Source: an uncultured bacterium
GTDB lineage: Bacteria > Oederibacteriota > PGYV01 > CAWJRG01
Length of the DNA: 46,420 nucleotides
Assembly: GCA_963845185.1 (NCBI GenBank)
Contig: CAWJRG010000008.1
Location: 1 to 46,420, forward strand
Reading direction: 5' to 3'
Shown piece by piece: positions 9,415 through 18,651 of the stretch. Both the position numbers and the translations under genes were made by a program. The notes beneath the pieces are model-generated. The model was not told the origin of the DNA. It did no database searches and saw nothing but the letters and a program-made list of their open reading frames with translations. Each line of letters starts with the position of its first letter. Within the stretch, counting starts at the first letter, position 1.

Positions 9415-9759
9415 ATAGCTCTTAGGCTTAGTTGTATCAAGCCTTAGAGATATAAATCCCCGTTCGAGTCCGAAATCGAAGATGATAACAAGAGGGATAA
9501 TTTCTTGATTTAATCAGAATTGGTAATTGAGGGGAAAACTGGAGCAACAAATAAAATGAATATATATGATATGCGACGTCCATGTAGCAAAAACAATTTA
9601 AACAGAAATGATAATTTGCGGGAAGGATAAAAAAAGGGCCCCGTGTTTGTTAGGTGTGTAAATGATATAAGAAGGGTATATCTTATACATTTGATGGCGG
9701 AGTCCTTTGTAGGATTTAATTTATAAAATAAATTAACTGCCTTGTCAAGATAAAGCCAT

Positions 9760-9837
9760 AAAAAAATCCCCGGCAGCCTGGCGGCTCTCCGGGGATCCTG
9801 TAAGTAAATCATTGAATACCATGTGTTCCCACACGGC
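9760..9837 (-). ncRNA. candidate small RNA, copy 2
   Basis: Identical to copy 1, with an ATGAAA-17-TATACT promoter and a longer U tail. Confidence 0.6.
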
Positions 9838-9885
9838 AATATAAGTATATCATACGAACTTTTCTTTTTCATGATTATCTAAAAT

Positions 9886-10177
9886 GTGAAACCGTTTCAC
9901 TTTTTGAACTTTTATACTTTATTCATATTTATTCGTCTTTGTCTTTTCTTGTTCTTGTCTTTGTTCTTAATACTTATACTTACTACTCTCTCGCCCTATT
10001 AGCTCACAACCTTACCTAATTATTCTCACTCCACCGAAACCGCCCTCGCCATCATTTAATTGACTTTGGGAGGGCGAGGGCGGTTTCGGCTGCGAGTGAG
10101 TTTGAGCTTATATTGTAAGGGTTGCGAGCGTTCTTTTACATCCCCGCCATGGGACGTATATTGTGAAACGGTTTCAC
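9886..10177. other. cis-acting region: long hairpin flanked by two palindromes (oriT/ssi/parS candidate)
   Basis: GTGAAACCGTTTCAC (9886-9900) and GTGAAACGGTTTCAC (10163-10177) flank a nested inverted repeat at ~10002-10129 (core CCGAAACCGCCCTCGCC / GGCGAGGGCGGTTTCGG). Confidence 0.55.
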
Positions 10178-10217
10178 TTTTGGTTTTTATGGGTTTTTCC
10201 GGTTTTTAAGGCAGTTG

Positions 10218-11033
10218 TTAAATTTTTTTTAGTTTTTTATCATATAAGTCTTTTACCAGCTTTAAGCCCCCTTGTTCCCTCTTGTAAACATAAATTGCGT
10301 ACCTTTCAAGGTTTTCTTTTGAAAGCCGGTTAAAATATACCTGCGCCTTTATCCAGGACGGGACCACAAAATATATCCTCGCGTAGCCTTTATATTCGTT
10401 CTTGTAATCATAAATCCAGTCCTTTATTGTTTTGGTATTTTTCGCGCCTGTCTGGTATTCGACAAGGTTTACCCCTGCGCCGTCCACAAATATAAAGTCC
10501 GGAATCCTGTACCCGCGCCTTATCCTGTGTATGAAACTGTCATTTAACTTTTTGCCTTCCGATTTTGCCTTTTCTTCGGCTTTTACAATCGTGGTATTGA
10601 CTTCCTTTACCCGCTCGCGCCTTAAAATGTAGTCCGTCTTATATTCAATAATGCCCTTGTGATATTTTAAAAACCATATAAGTATGTCTATGACCGCAAT
10701 ATCGTGGGCCAGTTCCCTGAAATTAATGTTGTAATCCGCTGCGTCAATGCCCTTTTCCTTTAAAAAGTTAATTCCCTGCCCTGTGAGCCGGTATATTTTT
10801 TCCCTTAATAGCCCTGTCTGGAAATAATAGCCCTTTAAATAGCGTTCAGCCGGCACAAATATCCCGTTTTTCTTTATTGTCTTCCCTTTCTCAAGCATTT
10901 GGACATACTTTTTGGCGTTGTCATAGCTTCCGGAAAAAAACATTTCGGCTATTTGCTGGATTTGGATTATTTTTACCCGGTATATGAAGGCTAATATGTT
11001 TATTTTGCGCGTCAACTTCTCATTCTTTGTCAT
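10218..11033 (-). CDS. replication-relaxation family protein (wHTH + PD-(D/E)XK-like)
   Basis: Likely start MTKNEK at 11033 overlapping the virD4 stop; YRLTGQG, ELAHDIAV and IPDFIF..VEYQTG motifs; adjacent to the coupling protein. Confidence 0.7.
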   Translation of the reverse strand: MTKNEKLTRKINILAFIYRVKIIQIQQIAEMFFSGSYDNAKKYVQMLEKGKTIKKNGIFVPAERYLKGYYFQTGLLREKIYRLTGQGINFLKEKGIDAADYNINFRELAHDIAVIDILIWFLKYHKGIIEYKTDYILRRERVKEVNTTIVKAEEKAKSEGKKLNDSFIHRIRRGYRIPDFIFVDGAGVNLVEYQTGAKNTKTIKDWIYDYKNEYKGYARIYFVVPSWIKAQVYFNRLSKENLERYAIYVYKREQGGLKLVKDLYDKKLKKI

Positions 11034-12972
11034 CTTTATCCTTTTCTTCGTCGTCGTCTTTGTCTTTTTCTTTGTCCTTTTCTTTTTCTTCATCCTGTTT
11101 GCTGACGGCCTCATTTAATGTGTCCGGAGCGTTCTTGATTAGATCGTGAATCCCGCCTTTCTTCGGCGTTTTGTTTTTCGGCGGCTTTTTCATGAACGAA
11201 TCATTATCCTGGCTATCAATGGCTTCTGCCGCGGGCGGCACGTCTTTAACTTCCCTGCTTTCGATTAAATCCTGCTCCGGCTCCGCCTTTATTCTTGGCG
11301 GCCTGAAATATATTTTATACTGTGAAAGGTCTTTTAAAGGATAAAGTTTTACCCTGCTGATAAATCTGCCTTCGTCTGCCTCAATTTTCACTATGCCCTC
11401 GCCGTATTTTAAAAATTTATAATCATTCGGGTGCGTAATGAATTCCTCTTCAATCTTTTCCGTAAATCCTGATTGCGCTACCCCGTCTTTGGTCGAAAAA
11501 CTGTTTACGCGCCTTTTTATCGTCCTTGTTCCCATGGCCTTGGCGAAATATTCCGCCGTTCCCGGGTCCTCAATGTTTAAAATTATTTTGTTCCGCGCGT
11601 TTGTCAGAATCTGGTTTTGCAGTGCTTTTCCGCATACCTCCAAATCGCCTAACGCCTGGTGTCCAAATATTATCCCCACTTTTGCCTCGCGCGCCTTGTT
11701 TATAAGCTCGGAAAATTCCTTGTATACGATTTTATCGAATTCATCCAGGTAAACGAAAAACGGTTTAAGCTCTTCATGCTGTATCGAGTAGCGTTTTCCA
11801 ATCTCGCTTTGTATGTGCATCATCATGAGTATCGACAATGGCTTGTAGTCCGACTGGTACCTGGCTGAATTGGACTGAAACAATAATATTTTGTTTTTAC
11901 TTATTATTTCAGCAACGTCGATTTCAGGCTTTGTCGTGTTTATCTGTTTTGTCCATTCCGGAATTGCGAACTTGGAAATTTTGTTTAAAAGCCCGGACAG
12001 GTCCTTTTTGACTTTTTCCATTTTTTCTTTAAGAAAATCAAGAATGTATTTCGCGTTTAAGTCGCCTTCATATTCCTCGCACACGGGCTTTAAATATCCC
12101 CACGGGTCGGATATGGCCTTGTATAAATTGACAAAGGTTATTGTTTTTATTTTTTTAAGAAGTATCGCTATTGTCGCGGATAAAAACAGGCCTCCTATGT
12201 CCTTATAGTATTGTTCCGAATTTGTCATGTCATAATATAAGGCCGCGAAAATCCTGTTTGTTATTTCAGTGGCGTCCGTGCCCGAAAGCGGGTTGTAAGT
12301 CAGGCTGTCTTCCCCGCCGAGATTAAAATAATAAAATTCAAGTTCGCGCTGCGATGCAGCTACGAATTGCTCGACTTTTTCCCGCATGTTGCTTTTGATG
12401 TCGAAGATAAAAAGCCCCGCGCCTTTGTCTATGTCCTGGTAGATGTGAGGGTAAAAAACAAGCCGCGTCTTGCCTGAGCCGGTCGAGCCGATTACCTGCA
12501 GGTGCGTATACCTCGCGCGTTCCGGAATGAACACTTCGTGGGTTACCTGCACGTAGTACTTCCCGTAATTGGTTATGTTTTGTTTGTCCAGAGTATGGTC
12601 CAGTAATGTTTCTTTATCGCTTTGCGGCGTCATTTTCGCGGTAAGGACAGAATATATTTCAAACCCTGCGACCCCTAGAAAAATCAGAAGGTGCGGAGTA
12701 TGGGATTTCAACAGAAGTGATATACCCCAGTCAAAAAGGTCAAATAAAAAATATGCGGCGACGAATAATCCTATGCGCGTTTTTTCTTTCCTTATCCCGT
12801 AATAGCCTATATAAAAAAAAGTCAGGGCAAAAACAATCCACCCAATAAGCGTATGCTCGTAATCGAAAAGGTAATCCGCCAAATAAATCACGCCCAGGCT
12901 TGCGATGGCAATTGTGTCAATTAATAATAAATTCTCCTTTTTTGTGTCTGCTGGTGCGACTGAATACATCAT
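11020..12972 (-). CDS. virD4: type IV coupling protein (VirD4/TraD-like)
   Basis: N-terminal TM helices, Walker A GSTGSGKT, IFDIK, YNPL, Walker B VYLDEF, AREAKVGIIFGHQALGDL and a charged tail. Confidence 0.88.
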   Translation of the reverse strand: MMYSVAPADTKKENLLLIDTIAIASLGVIYLADYLFDYEHTLIGWIVFALTFFYIGYYGIRKEKTRIGLFVAAYFLFDLFDWGISLLLKSHTPHLLIFLGVAGFEIYSVLTAKMTPQSDKETLLDHTLDKQNITNYGKYYVQVTHEVFIPERARYTHLQVIGSTGSGKTRLVFYPHIYQDIDKGAGLFIFDIKSNMREKVEQFVAASQRELEFYYFNLGGEDSLTYNPLSGTDATEITNRIFAALYYDMTNSEQYYKDIGGLFLSATIAILLKKIKTITFVNLYKAISDPWGYLKPVCEEYEGDLNAKYILDFLKEKMEKVKKDLSGLLNKISKFAIPEWTKQINTTKPEIDVAEIISKNKILLFQSNSARYQSDYKPLSILMMMHIQSEIGKRYSIQHEELKPFFVYLDEFDKIVYKEFSELINKAREAKVGIIFGHQALGDLEVCGKALQNQILTNARNKIILNIEDPGTAEYFAKAMGTRTIKRRVNSFSTKDGVAQSGFTEKIEEEFITHPNDYKFLKYGEGIVKIEADEGRFISRVKLYPLKDLSQYKIYFRPPRIKAEPEQDLIESREVKDVPPAAEAIDSQDNDSFMKKPPKNKTPKKGGIHDLIKNAPDTLNEAVSKQDEEKEKDKEKDKDDDEEKDKDDKE

Positions 12973-13796
12973 GCCTTTTTTATCCTTTCAATCGCGTCTT
13001 CAAGCCTTTTAATCACGCCTGACTTTTCGCTTAGTTTTCCGTATATCACTATTTTAATGATATTCTTTTCCCTGTTTAATATGATATCCCCGTCTTTTAA
13101 CATCTTTTTCTTCGCGGCTTTGCGCTCTTCGACCGGCTTCGAGAAAATATTATAAAGCTGCCTGATTCTTTTCTTCTGTTCTTTTTCCGGCAGGTTTAAC
13201 GTCCGTATTCCCTCTTTGAATGTCATTCCCATTTCAATTAATTTTTTTAAATCCTCATCCCCGCCTACGTTCAAATAATTTCTTACGCTCCTGTAGGAAA
13301 GGTCAAGGCGTTTTGCGATTTCAGCGGGCTTTAAATTCTGTTCGGTTTCAAGTTTTTTGATGTGCTTGTATACGTCCTCGAATTCCATTTCCATTCTTTG
13401 CAGGTTCTCGATTTCTGCGATGATGAACGCGTCCTCATCGCTTACGTCATTGCATATGGCTTTTATTTCCCTGCCTGATTCCTTCAATGCCCTGTATCTT
13501 GTAAAACCCGCTATGAGCTGGTACTTGCCGTCTTTCGGCCTGATAAATACAGGGACCTGCTGGCCGTGCTTTTTTATGCTTTCCTTTAGATTTTCAAAAT
13601 CTTCCCTGCTCACTTCTTTTGAACGGATTTGAAATGTGTAATCTTCAAGTATCTCTGACGGTTTGACTATGATAAATTCGCCGCCTTTTTCGAAAGCAGC
13701 CCTTACTTTTTTCTTTGCGTATACGTCCGTGTGTTTTTCAAACTGTTTTTTGGCTTTATCGCCGATCTTTCCCAGGTATTTGTTTATTTTCGGCAT
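12969..13796 (-). CDS. parB: ParB-like partition protein, copy 2
   Basis: LKESIKKHGQQVPVFIR..YQLIAGFTRYRA, ENLQR and HTH AEIAKRLDLSYRSV. Confidence 0.88.
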   Translation of the reverse strand: MPKINKYLGKIGDKAKKQFEKHTDVYAKKKVRAAFEKGGEFIIVKPSEILEDYTFQIRSKEVSREDFENLKESIKKHGQQVPVFIRPKDGKYQLIAGFTRYRALKESGREIKAICNDVSDEDAFIIAEIENLQRMEMEFEDVYKHIKKLETEQNLKPAEIAKRLDLSYRSVRNYLNVGGDEDLKKLIEMGMTFKEGIRTLNLPEKEQKKRIRQLYNIFSKPVEERKAAKKKMLKDGDIILNREKNIIKIVIYGKLSEKSGVIKRLEDAIERIKKA

Positions 13797-13797
13797 G

Positions 13798-14613
13798 TTA
13801 TCCCTCCAGAATTTCCAGAATTTCGCTTTTAATCTGCTCTATATCCTCGATGAACTCTTTTTCCAATATGTTGTTCCTGCTCAAATAAATGTCCACCGGT
13901 ATTCCAAGGGCTATTGCGTCCCTGTAAGCCGTGGACATTTTTATATAACTTTCAAATACAACGGCTTTGTTCTGCATGGTTTCTATTATTGTCTTTACAA
14001 AATGCTTCATTATATTTCCCGGCGTTACCAGGTTAATCAATATCCCCAGCACTTCAAGTTTGTGGTGAAGTTTCTTGTTTACAGACTTGATTATGTCAAA
14101 AAGAGTGTCTACGCCGTCAAGCTCGTCCCGTCCGGGCAAAAAGGGAATTATCACGTAGTCGGACAGGCACAATGCGTTGTAAACGAGGATATTCTCAGAT
14201 GGCGGGTTGTCTATGAAAACAAAATCAAATCCGGCGATTTTATCCTTCAGGTTCTCGCTGAGGGTGAATTCCCGGGCCGGCTTGTTAAGAAGAAATGTTT
14301 CTGCCTGTGTTAGTTCCCTGCCTCCGGTCAAAATCCATAATTCCTTTTTTACTTTCCTGTTCAGTTCGTATTCTTTCAAGGCGGGTTCAAAATCCACTTT
14401 CTTTATTTCAAAATGCTTCCCCATGTAGACCTTGTAAATTTCGCTGTCCCTGCTTTGCGAAAACCTTGAGCTTAAATTCCCCTGTGGGTCATTGTCAATA
14501 ATCAATACTTTGTATTCATCCGCGAATATGCTCGCTATGTTAGCGGTCAAGGTTGATTTGCCTACTCCGCCTTTGTTGTTAAAAAAAGAAATTATTACAG
14601 GTTTTTTAATCAT
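13798..14613 (-). CDS. parA: ParA ATPase, copy 2
   Basis: NNKGGVGKST, LIIDNDPQGN and FIDNPP motifs. Confidence 0.92.
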   Translation of the reverse strand: MIKKPVIISFFNNKGGVGKSTLTANIASIFADEYKVLIIDNDPQGNLSSRFSQSRDSEIYKVYMGKHFEIKKVDFEPALKEYELNRKVKKELWILTGGRELTQAETFLLNKPAREFTLSENLKDKIAGFDFVFIDNPPSENILVYNALCLSDYVIIPFLPGRDELDGVDTLFDIIKSVNKKLHHKLEVLGILINLVTPGNIMKHFVKTIIETMQNKAVVFESYIKMSTAYRDAIALGIPVDIYLSRNNILEKEFIEDIEQIKSEILEILEG

Positions 14614-14734
14614 TCCTGCTCCTTTTGAACATACCGGTAAAACCCTTATATACGTATTTTGGATTATCCAGTTATAATATAAATAGCCCTGCCCGTCAAC
14701 AGCTTTTAATCCGGAAAGAATCCCCCGTATTGGA

Positions 14735-14801
14735 AAAAGTGCAACGTTGCACTTTTCAGCTTTTTAGTTATTCAACATATATAAATAGTGCAACGTTGTA
14801 C
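14735..14801. promoter_or_regulatory. paired palindromes, candidate parS
   Basis: AAAAGTGCAACGTTGCACTTTT (14735-14756) and GTGCAACGTTGTAC (14788-14801) lie immediately downstream of parB copy 1. Confidence 0.6.
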
Positions 14802-14803
14802 CT

Positions 14804-15619
14804 TTAGAGTTTTTTCAGCTTTGCTATAATTTTAAGGAGTTCGGATATCACTTTATCCCTGTCTTCTATCTTTTCGGTAATTTTTATGAATATCTTTTTA
14901 CTGTCTACGCGGAACTTCCCGGGCCTGGCCGGTGTTGTCTTATGTTTTCCCGTCTTTTTTGATTTGACCGCTTCCTTTATCTCTTTTTCGCGCAGGGCAG
15001 GGGACACGTCAAGAAGCCGTATTGCCTGCCTGAAACTTATATCCTCACGTTTAAGCAGGTTGACAAGCCCGGCATCCTTGCTCAAATCCATATAATATTT
15101 GACCGTCCTTAAAGAAATATTGATTCTTTTGGCTATCTGTTCGAGCGTCAGGCCCTCTTTCCGCAGTGCTGTTATCCGGTTGTATGTGTCGGTAAAGGTC
15201 ATGCTCATGCGGAAATAGTTCTCGGCCTCGGCGATTTTAACCGCTTCGGCATCATCCACGTCCTTATATATGGCAAGTATGGGAAGGTTGTGTTTCTTAC
15301 AGGCAAAGTACCTGGTGAAACCGGCTATCAGCTGGAATTTATTTTCTTTTTTCCTTACAAAAACAGGCTGCGTATTGCCGCCCGTCTCTTTGATATTTTC
15401 CGAGAATCTCTCGAAGGTTTCCATATCCGGTTTTTCCGTCCGTATCTGGAAAGTAAAGTCTTCAAGTATCTGTGAAGGCTTTAATGTGATAAGTTCGCCG
15501 GTCTTGACAAATTCTTCCTTGGCTTTCAACAGATCCTCATGCTTTAAAAACTGTTCCTTGATTTCCGGCATTACTTTTTTTTCCAAAAGCCGGGAAAGCC
15601 GCGATTGCCCTTTAACCAT
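14804..15619 (-). CDS. parB: ParB-like partition protein, copy 1
   Basis: QPVFVR..FQLIAGFTRY, ENYFR and HTH EQIAKRINISLRTV. Confidence 0.88.
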   Translation of the reverse strand: MVKGQSRLSRLLEKKVMPEIKEQFLKHEDLLKAKEEFVKTGELITLKPSQILEDFTFQIRTEKPDMETFERFSENIKETGGNTQPVFVRKKENKFQLIAGFTRYFACKKHNLPILAIYKDVDDAEAVKIAEAENYFRMSMTFTDTYNRITALRKEGLTLEQIAKRINISLRTVKYYMDLSKDAGLVNLLKREDISFRQAIRLLDVSPALREKEIKEAVKSKKTGKHKTTPARPGKFRVDSKKIFIKITEKIEDRDKVISELLKIIAKLKKL

Positions 15620-15620
15620 A

Positions 15621-16433
15621 TTATCTTACCCCCGAGGAAAGAGTCTTTAATAACTCTTTTTCCAGGTCCGCGTACATTGTGACAGCTACGGCTTCTTCGG
15701 ACAAATACAGGTCAATGGGCATGCCGAGGGAAGTAGCCTCCATATATTTAACCGTGGCCGGAAGATTGGTTTTAAACACTTTGTTCTCAAATATTTTACC
15801 AACCTCTTTTGTGAAAAATTTGCTGATGATTGTTTCCGTGTACATGTTTATTACCACTCCCAGGATATCCACTTTGTGTTTGAGTTTAGCGTCAAGTTCC
15901 CTGATTACCTCGAGCAGCTGGTCAGTGCCGTCAAGTTCGGCCCTGCCGGGCTTGAAGGGAATTATAACCTTGTCCGCGATGTAAAGAGAGTTCCATGTAA
16001 GAACATTGATTGCAGGGGGGTTGTCAATGATTACAAAATCAAATTCATTGAGTTTGCCTTTAAGGTTCTCAGCTAGAGTCTTTTCCCGGTTAGGTTTGTC
16101 ATTAAGAAGTTCAATTGCAACGACGAGTTTGTGATTGCCGGTCAACATATAAAGTTCCTTGCTTTTAGTTTTGCTTTCAAGATGCCTAACTGTTTCCGTC
16201 ACTTTTTCAAAGTTCACCTTCTTGAAAGTAAAAGGTTCTCCTTTATATGCCTGGTAGACGGAATTATTCGGGTTTAAATCTTCCGATAGGGCAGTGGTGG
16301 CGTTTGCCTGCGGGTCATTGTCAATCAAAAGCACCTTGTATTTATTCGCAAGCATTGAAGAAAGGTTGACGGCAATCGTGGATTTTCCGACTCCGCCTTT
16401 GTTGTTAAACAGGGATATTATAACGGGTTTCAT
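15621..16433 (-). CDS. parA: ParA ATPase, copy 1
   Basis: NNKGGVGKST, LLIDNDPQAN and IIDNPP motifs. Confidence 0.92.
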   Translation of the reverse strand: MKPVIISLFNNKGGVGKSTIAVNLSSMLANKYKVLLIDNDPQANATTALSEDLNPNNSVYQAYKGEPFTFKKVNFEKVTETVRHLESKTKSKELYMLTGNHKLVVAIELLNDKPNREKTLAENLKGKLNEFDFVIIDNPPAINVLTWNSLYIADKVIIPFKPGRAELDGTDQLLEVIRELDAKLKHKVDILGVVINMYTETIISKFFTKEVGKIFENKVFKTNLPATVKYMEATSLGMPIDLYLSEEAVAVTMYADLEKELLKTLSSGVR

Positions 16434-16612
16434 TTATTTGCTCCTTTTTTTAAGTTTAGTTTTTTTGTTTCAAGAAAAACGTTTTCCAGGGCGAATTCTA
16501 TTATCTGCGCCATGGAGCGGTTTTCTTTTTCCGCTTCCTGCTTTATTCTTTCATAAAGCTCATTTGGAATACGGGTTGATATGCTTACTTTCTGCCCGCT
16601 TTCGCTCTGCAT
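16430..16612 (-). CDS. Arc/CopG-like RHH protein
   Basis: ISTRIPNELYERIKQEAEKENRSMAQIIEFAL; 4-bp overlap with parA; AAGGAG RBS. Confidence 0.8.
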   Translation of the reverse strand: MQSESGQKVSISTRIPNELYERIKQEAEKENRSMAQIIEFALENVFLETKKLNLKKGANK

Positions 16613-16619
16613 ATGGCTT

Positions 16620-17265
16620 TTCTCCTTATTATATATTTTACTTTACTTTGTAGTAAAGTAATTATAAGTAATTTACTTTAAAGTATCATAATTAAAGCTT
16701 TTTGTCAAGATAATATTTGATAATTTTTTTATTATTTTATTACTGTGTTTTTTATGTTTTTTTTAAAGGAATTTATAAGAGATTGAAAATCTCGTAAAAA
16801 TTAAGATACTTGCCGTTTAATTAATGATTCTTCATTGTTCTTTATAATGCATTATATTAATACATTACATTACGATGAAAAAAAACTAAAAAACTGCTTT
16901 ATTTTTAAGACTAAAAAAAATTTTTCCGCATACAATATATCAATACCGAGCACGTCAAGTATCAATAGAAAAACTTAAAATGCACGTCAAACATCAAATT
17001 TTCCGCATGCCAAGTATCAATATTGCAGGTATAAAGCGCACGCTAGGTATCAATATACATGAAAACACATGATATTGACTGTTTTCCACATTTTGCACGC
17101 CAAGTATCAATAGTGTGCATTTTTTATATTTTTACCCAAAATTTTTCTTGTAAAATAACCTGATTTCTAAAATGCATGTCAAGTATCAATAGTGGAACAA
17201 TTTGTGATTTACTATGTGGATTAAGCTTTTGCAAACAGGGAAGTTGCACGTCAGGTATCAATAAA
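16620..17265. repeat. plasmid origin: AT-rich region plus about 8 iterons
   Basis: Direct repeats of consensus GCAYGYCARGTATCAATA near 16927, 16950, 16982, 17006, 17038, 17095, 17173 and 17246, beside an AT-rich tract and downstream of rep. Confidence 0.8.
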
Positions 17266-17273
17266 AAGCAGTT

Positions 17274-18374
17274 TTATTTGTCCTTATATTCAATTTCCAG
17301 CTGCTTGTTGGGGTCGGTAAACAGGAAGGTGATAAATTCCTCTTTTTCACCGTCTCTGCGTTCTTTGGTTATCTCATAATCAACGATATATACCTTTGCC
17401 TTGAGTTCCTCCAGGGGATTTTTAAGGTTCTGTTTGACGTTGCGCGGGACCTTGGCCGACATTCCCATACGCTCCGCAAAGGGTATTAGACGCTCTTTCC
17501 AGTGGGTTTTCTTTTCCTTGCCGCGTTTCTTCTGCAGGTACTCGTAAATCCTTTTGGATATCGAGAAGCGCAGGGAAGTATAAAATTCCCAGTCAAGGTA
17601 AGTCGAGTAATACAGGCGCATGTTTTCGACTATGTAGTGGCCCAGGACAATGCGGCTCGGGAACATTTCCGGGGATCCGTCCACGTTGTCGGAAGAATCG
17701 CGCAGTTTATAGGTGTCAATAAGGCGGATATATTCGCGGTCGCTAGCCGTGTTTAAAAAGATTTTTTCCTTAAACCTCAGAAAAGCCTCTTTGCTCGTGA
17801 TTTTAGTATCAAAAATATATTTCAGGGCGTTTTCTATCTGCCTGTAAGATGCCCCGTTAATTGGCTTGTCAAGGCGTTTGCATATATCATACCGGGTAAA
17901 AGATATTTCGCCTGTTTCCGGCATGCCCTGCTCGTGGTACAGCTGAAGCAGGGTCTTGAATATATCCGCGTCCTCGTCGTTGGGAATCATGCTTTCAGAG
18001 GATGTTATCCATACCGTGCTTATTTTAGTCTTGGTTTTTTCATCGTACCTGGAACCGGTGAACCTAATAGGCTCGTTTGTACGCTTGCCGTGGCGGTAAA
18101 AGGCATGCTCAACAAGGTTTCCTTCGACCCGGGTCATGGCCGTTTCATCGAGCGGGATTTCTTTTTTTATGAGCGAGGTCAGATATGCCGGCGGATTGTC
18201 GATTCTGCTTGTTTTCATCTGATATTTACATTCCGCCATAAGTTCTTCAAGCGTGCTTAAAAGGTTTTTGCGTTCTGCGGAATTATATACTTTAATCCAA
18301 AAGGCCTTGTCCTTGTCGTAGGTCTGCCGTCCCAGAAGGGTATGCAGCTGCTCCTCGTAATATTCAAAATCCAT
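17274..18374 (-). CDS. plasmid replication initiator protein (RepA-like)
   Basis: DADIFKTLLQL..ISFTRYDICKRL..NGASYRQIENAL and SKRIYEYL wHTH patterns; adjacent iterons. Confidence 0.8.
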   Translation of the reverse strand: MDFEYYEEQLHTLLGRQTYDKDKAFWIKVYNSAERKNLLSTLEELMAECKYQMKTSRIDNPPAYLTSLIKKEIPLDETAMTRVEGNLVEHAFYRHGKRTNEPIRFTGSRYDEKTKTKISTVWITSSESMIPNDEDADIFKTLLQLYHEQGMPETGEISFTRYDICKRLDKPINGASYRQIENALKYIFDTKITSKEAFLRFKEKIFLNTASDREYIRLIDTYKLRDSSDNVDGSPEMFPSRIVLGHYIVENMRLYYSTYLDWEFYTSLRFSISKRIYEYLQKKRGKEKKTHWKERLIPFAERMGMSAKVPRNVKQNLKNPLEELKAKVYIVDYEITKERRDGEKEEFITFLFTDPNKQLEIEYKDK

Positions 18375-18396
18375 CAGGCGTTTGTCCTTTCAGCAG

Positions 18397-18570
18397 TCAT
18401 TTGGTTTTCTTCGGCTTTTTATCGGACGTATTGATAAATTTTTCAAGGGCCATATTTATGATATCGGAATATGTCCTGTGCCTGTACTCTTCCTTTTTTA
18501 AAAGCGTTTTGATTGCGTAGTCCGTCTCTTTTGGAATCCGCGCGCCTACGAATTTATCTCTTTTGACCAT
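18397..18570 (-). CDS. CopG-like RHH protein upstream of rep (57 aa, not in ORF track)
   Basis: MVKRDKFVGARIPKETDYAIKTLLKKEEYRHRTYSDIINMALEKFI..., with an AAGGAG RBS. Confidence 0.7.
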   Translation of the reverse strand: MVKRDKFVGARIPKETDYAIKTLLKKEEYRHRTYSDIINMALEKFINTSDKKPKKTK

Positions 18571-18651
18571 AATAATGCTCCTTGAATTTATTTAACATTG
18601 TTTAACATTACAGGAAAAAAGGAAAGGTGTCAATAGGGAAAACAATGGTTC

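Noticed and set aside
9458..9475. GTTCGAGTCC (and GTTCAAGTCC near 2868) as a tRNA T-loop or att site
   Set aside because: No T-stem pairing or cloverleaf; better explained as the REP-like repeat.
9510..9872. 120-aa minus-strand ORF
   Set aside because: It runs through the duplicated sRNA, its promoter and terminator, has no RBS, and is not preserved at copy 1.
11034..11114. Lys-rich N-terminal extension of the 10218-11114 ORF
   Set aside because: It is an alternative-frame reading of the low-complexity virD4 tail; the start at 11033 is more plausible.
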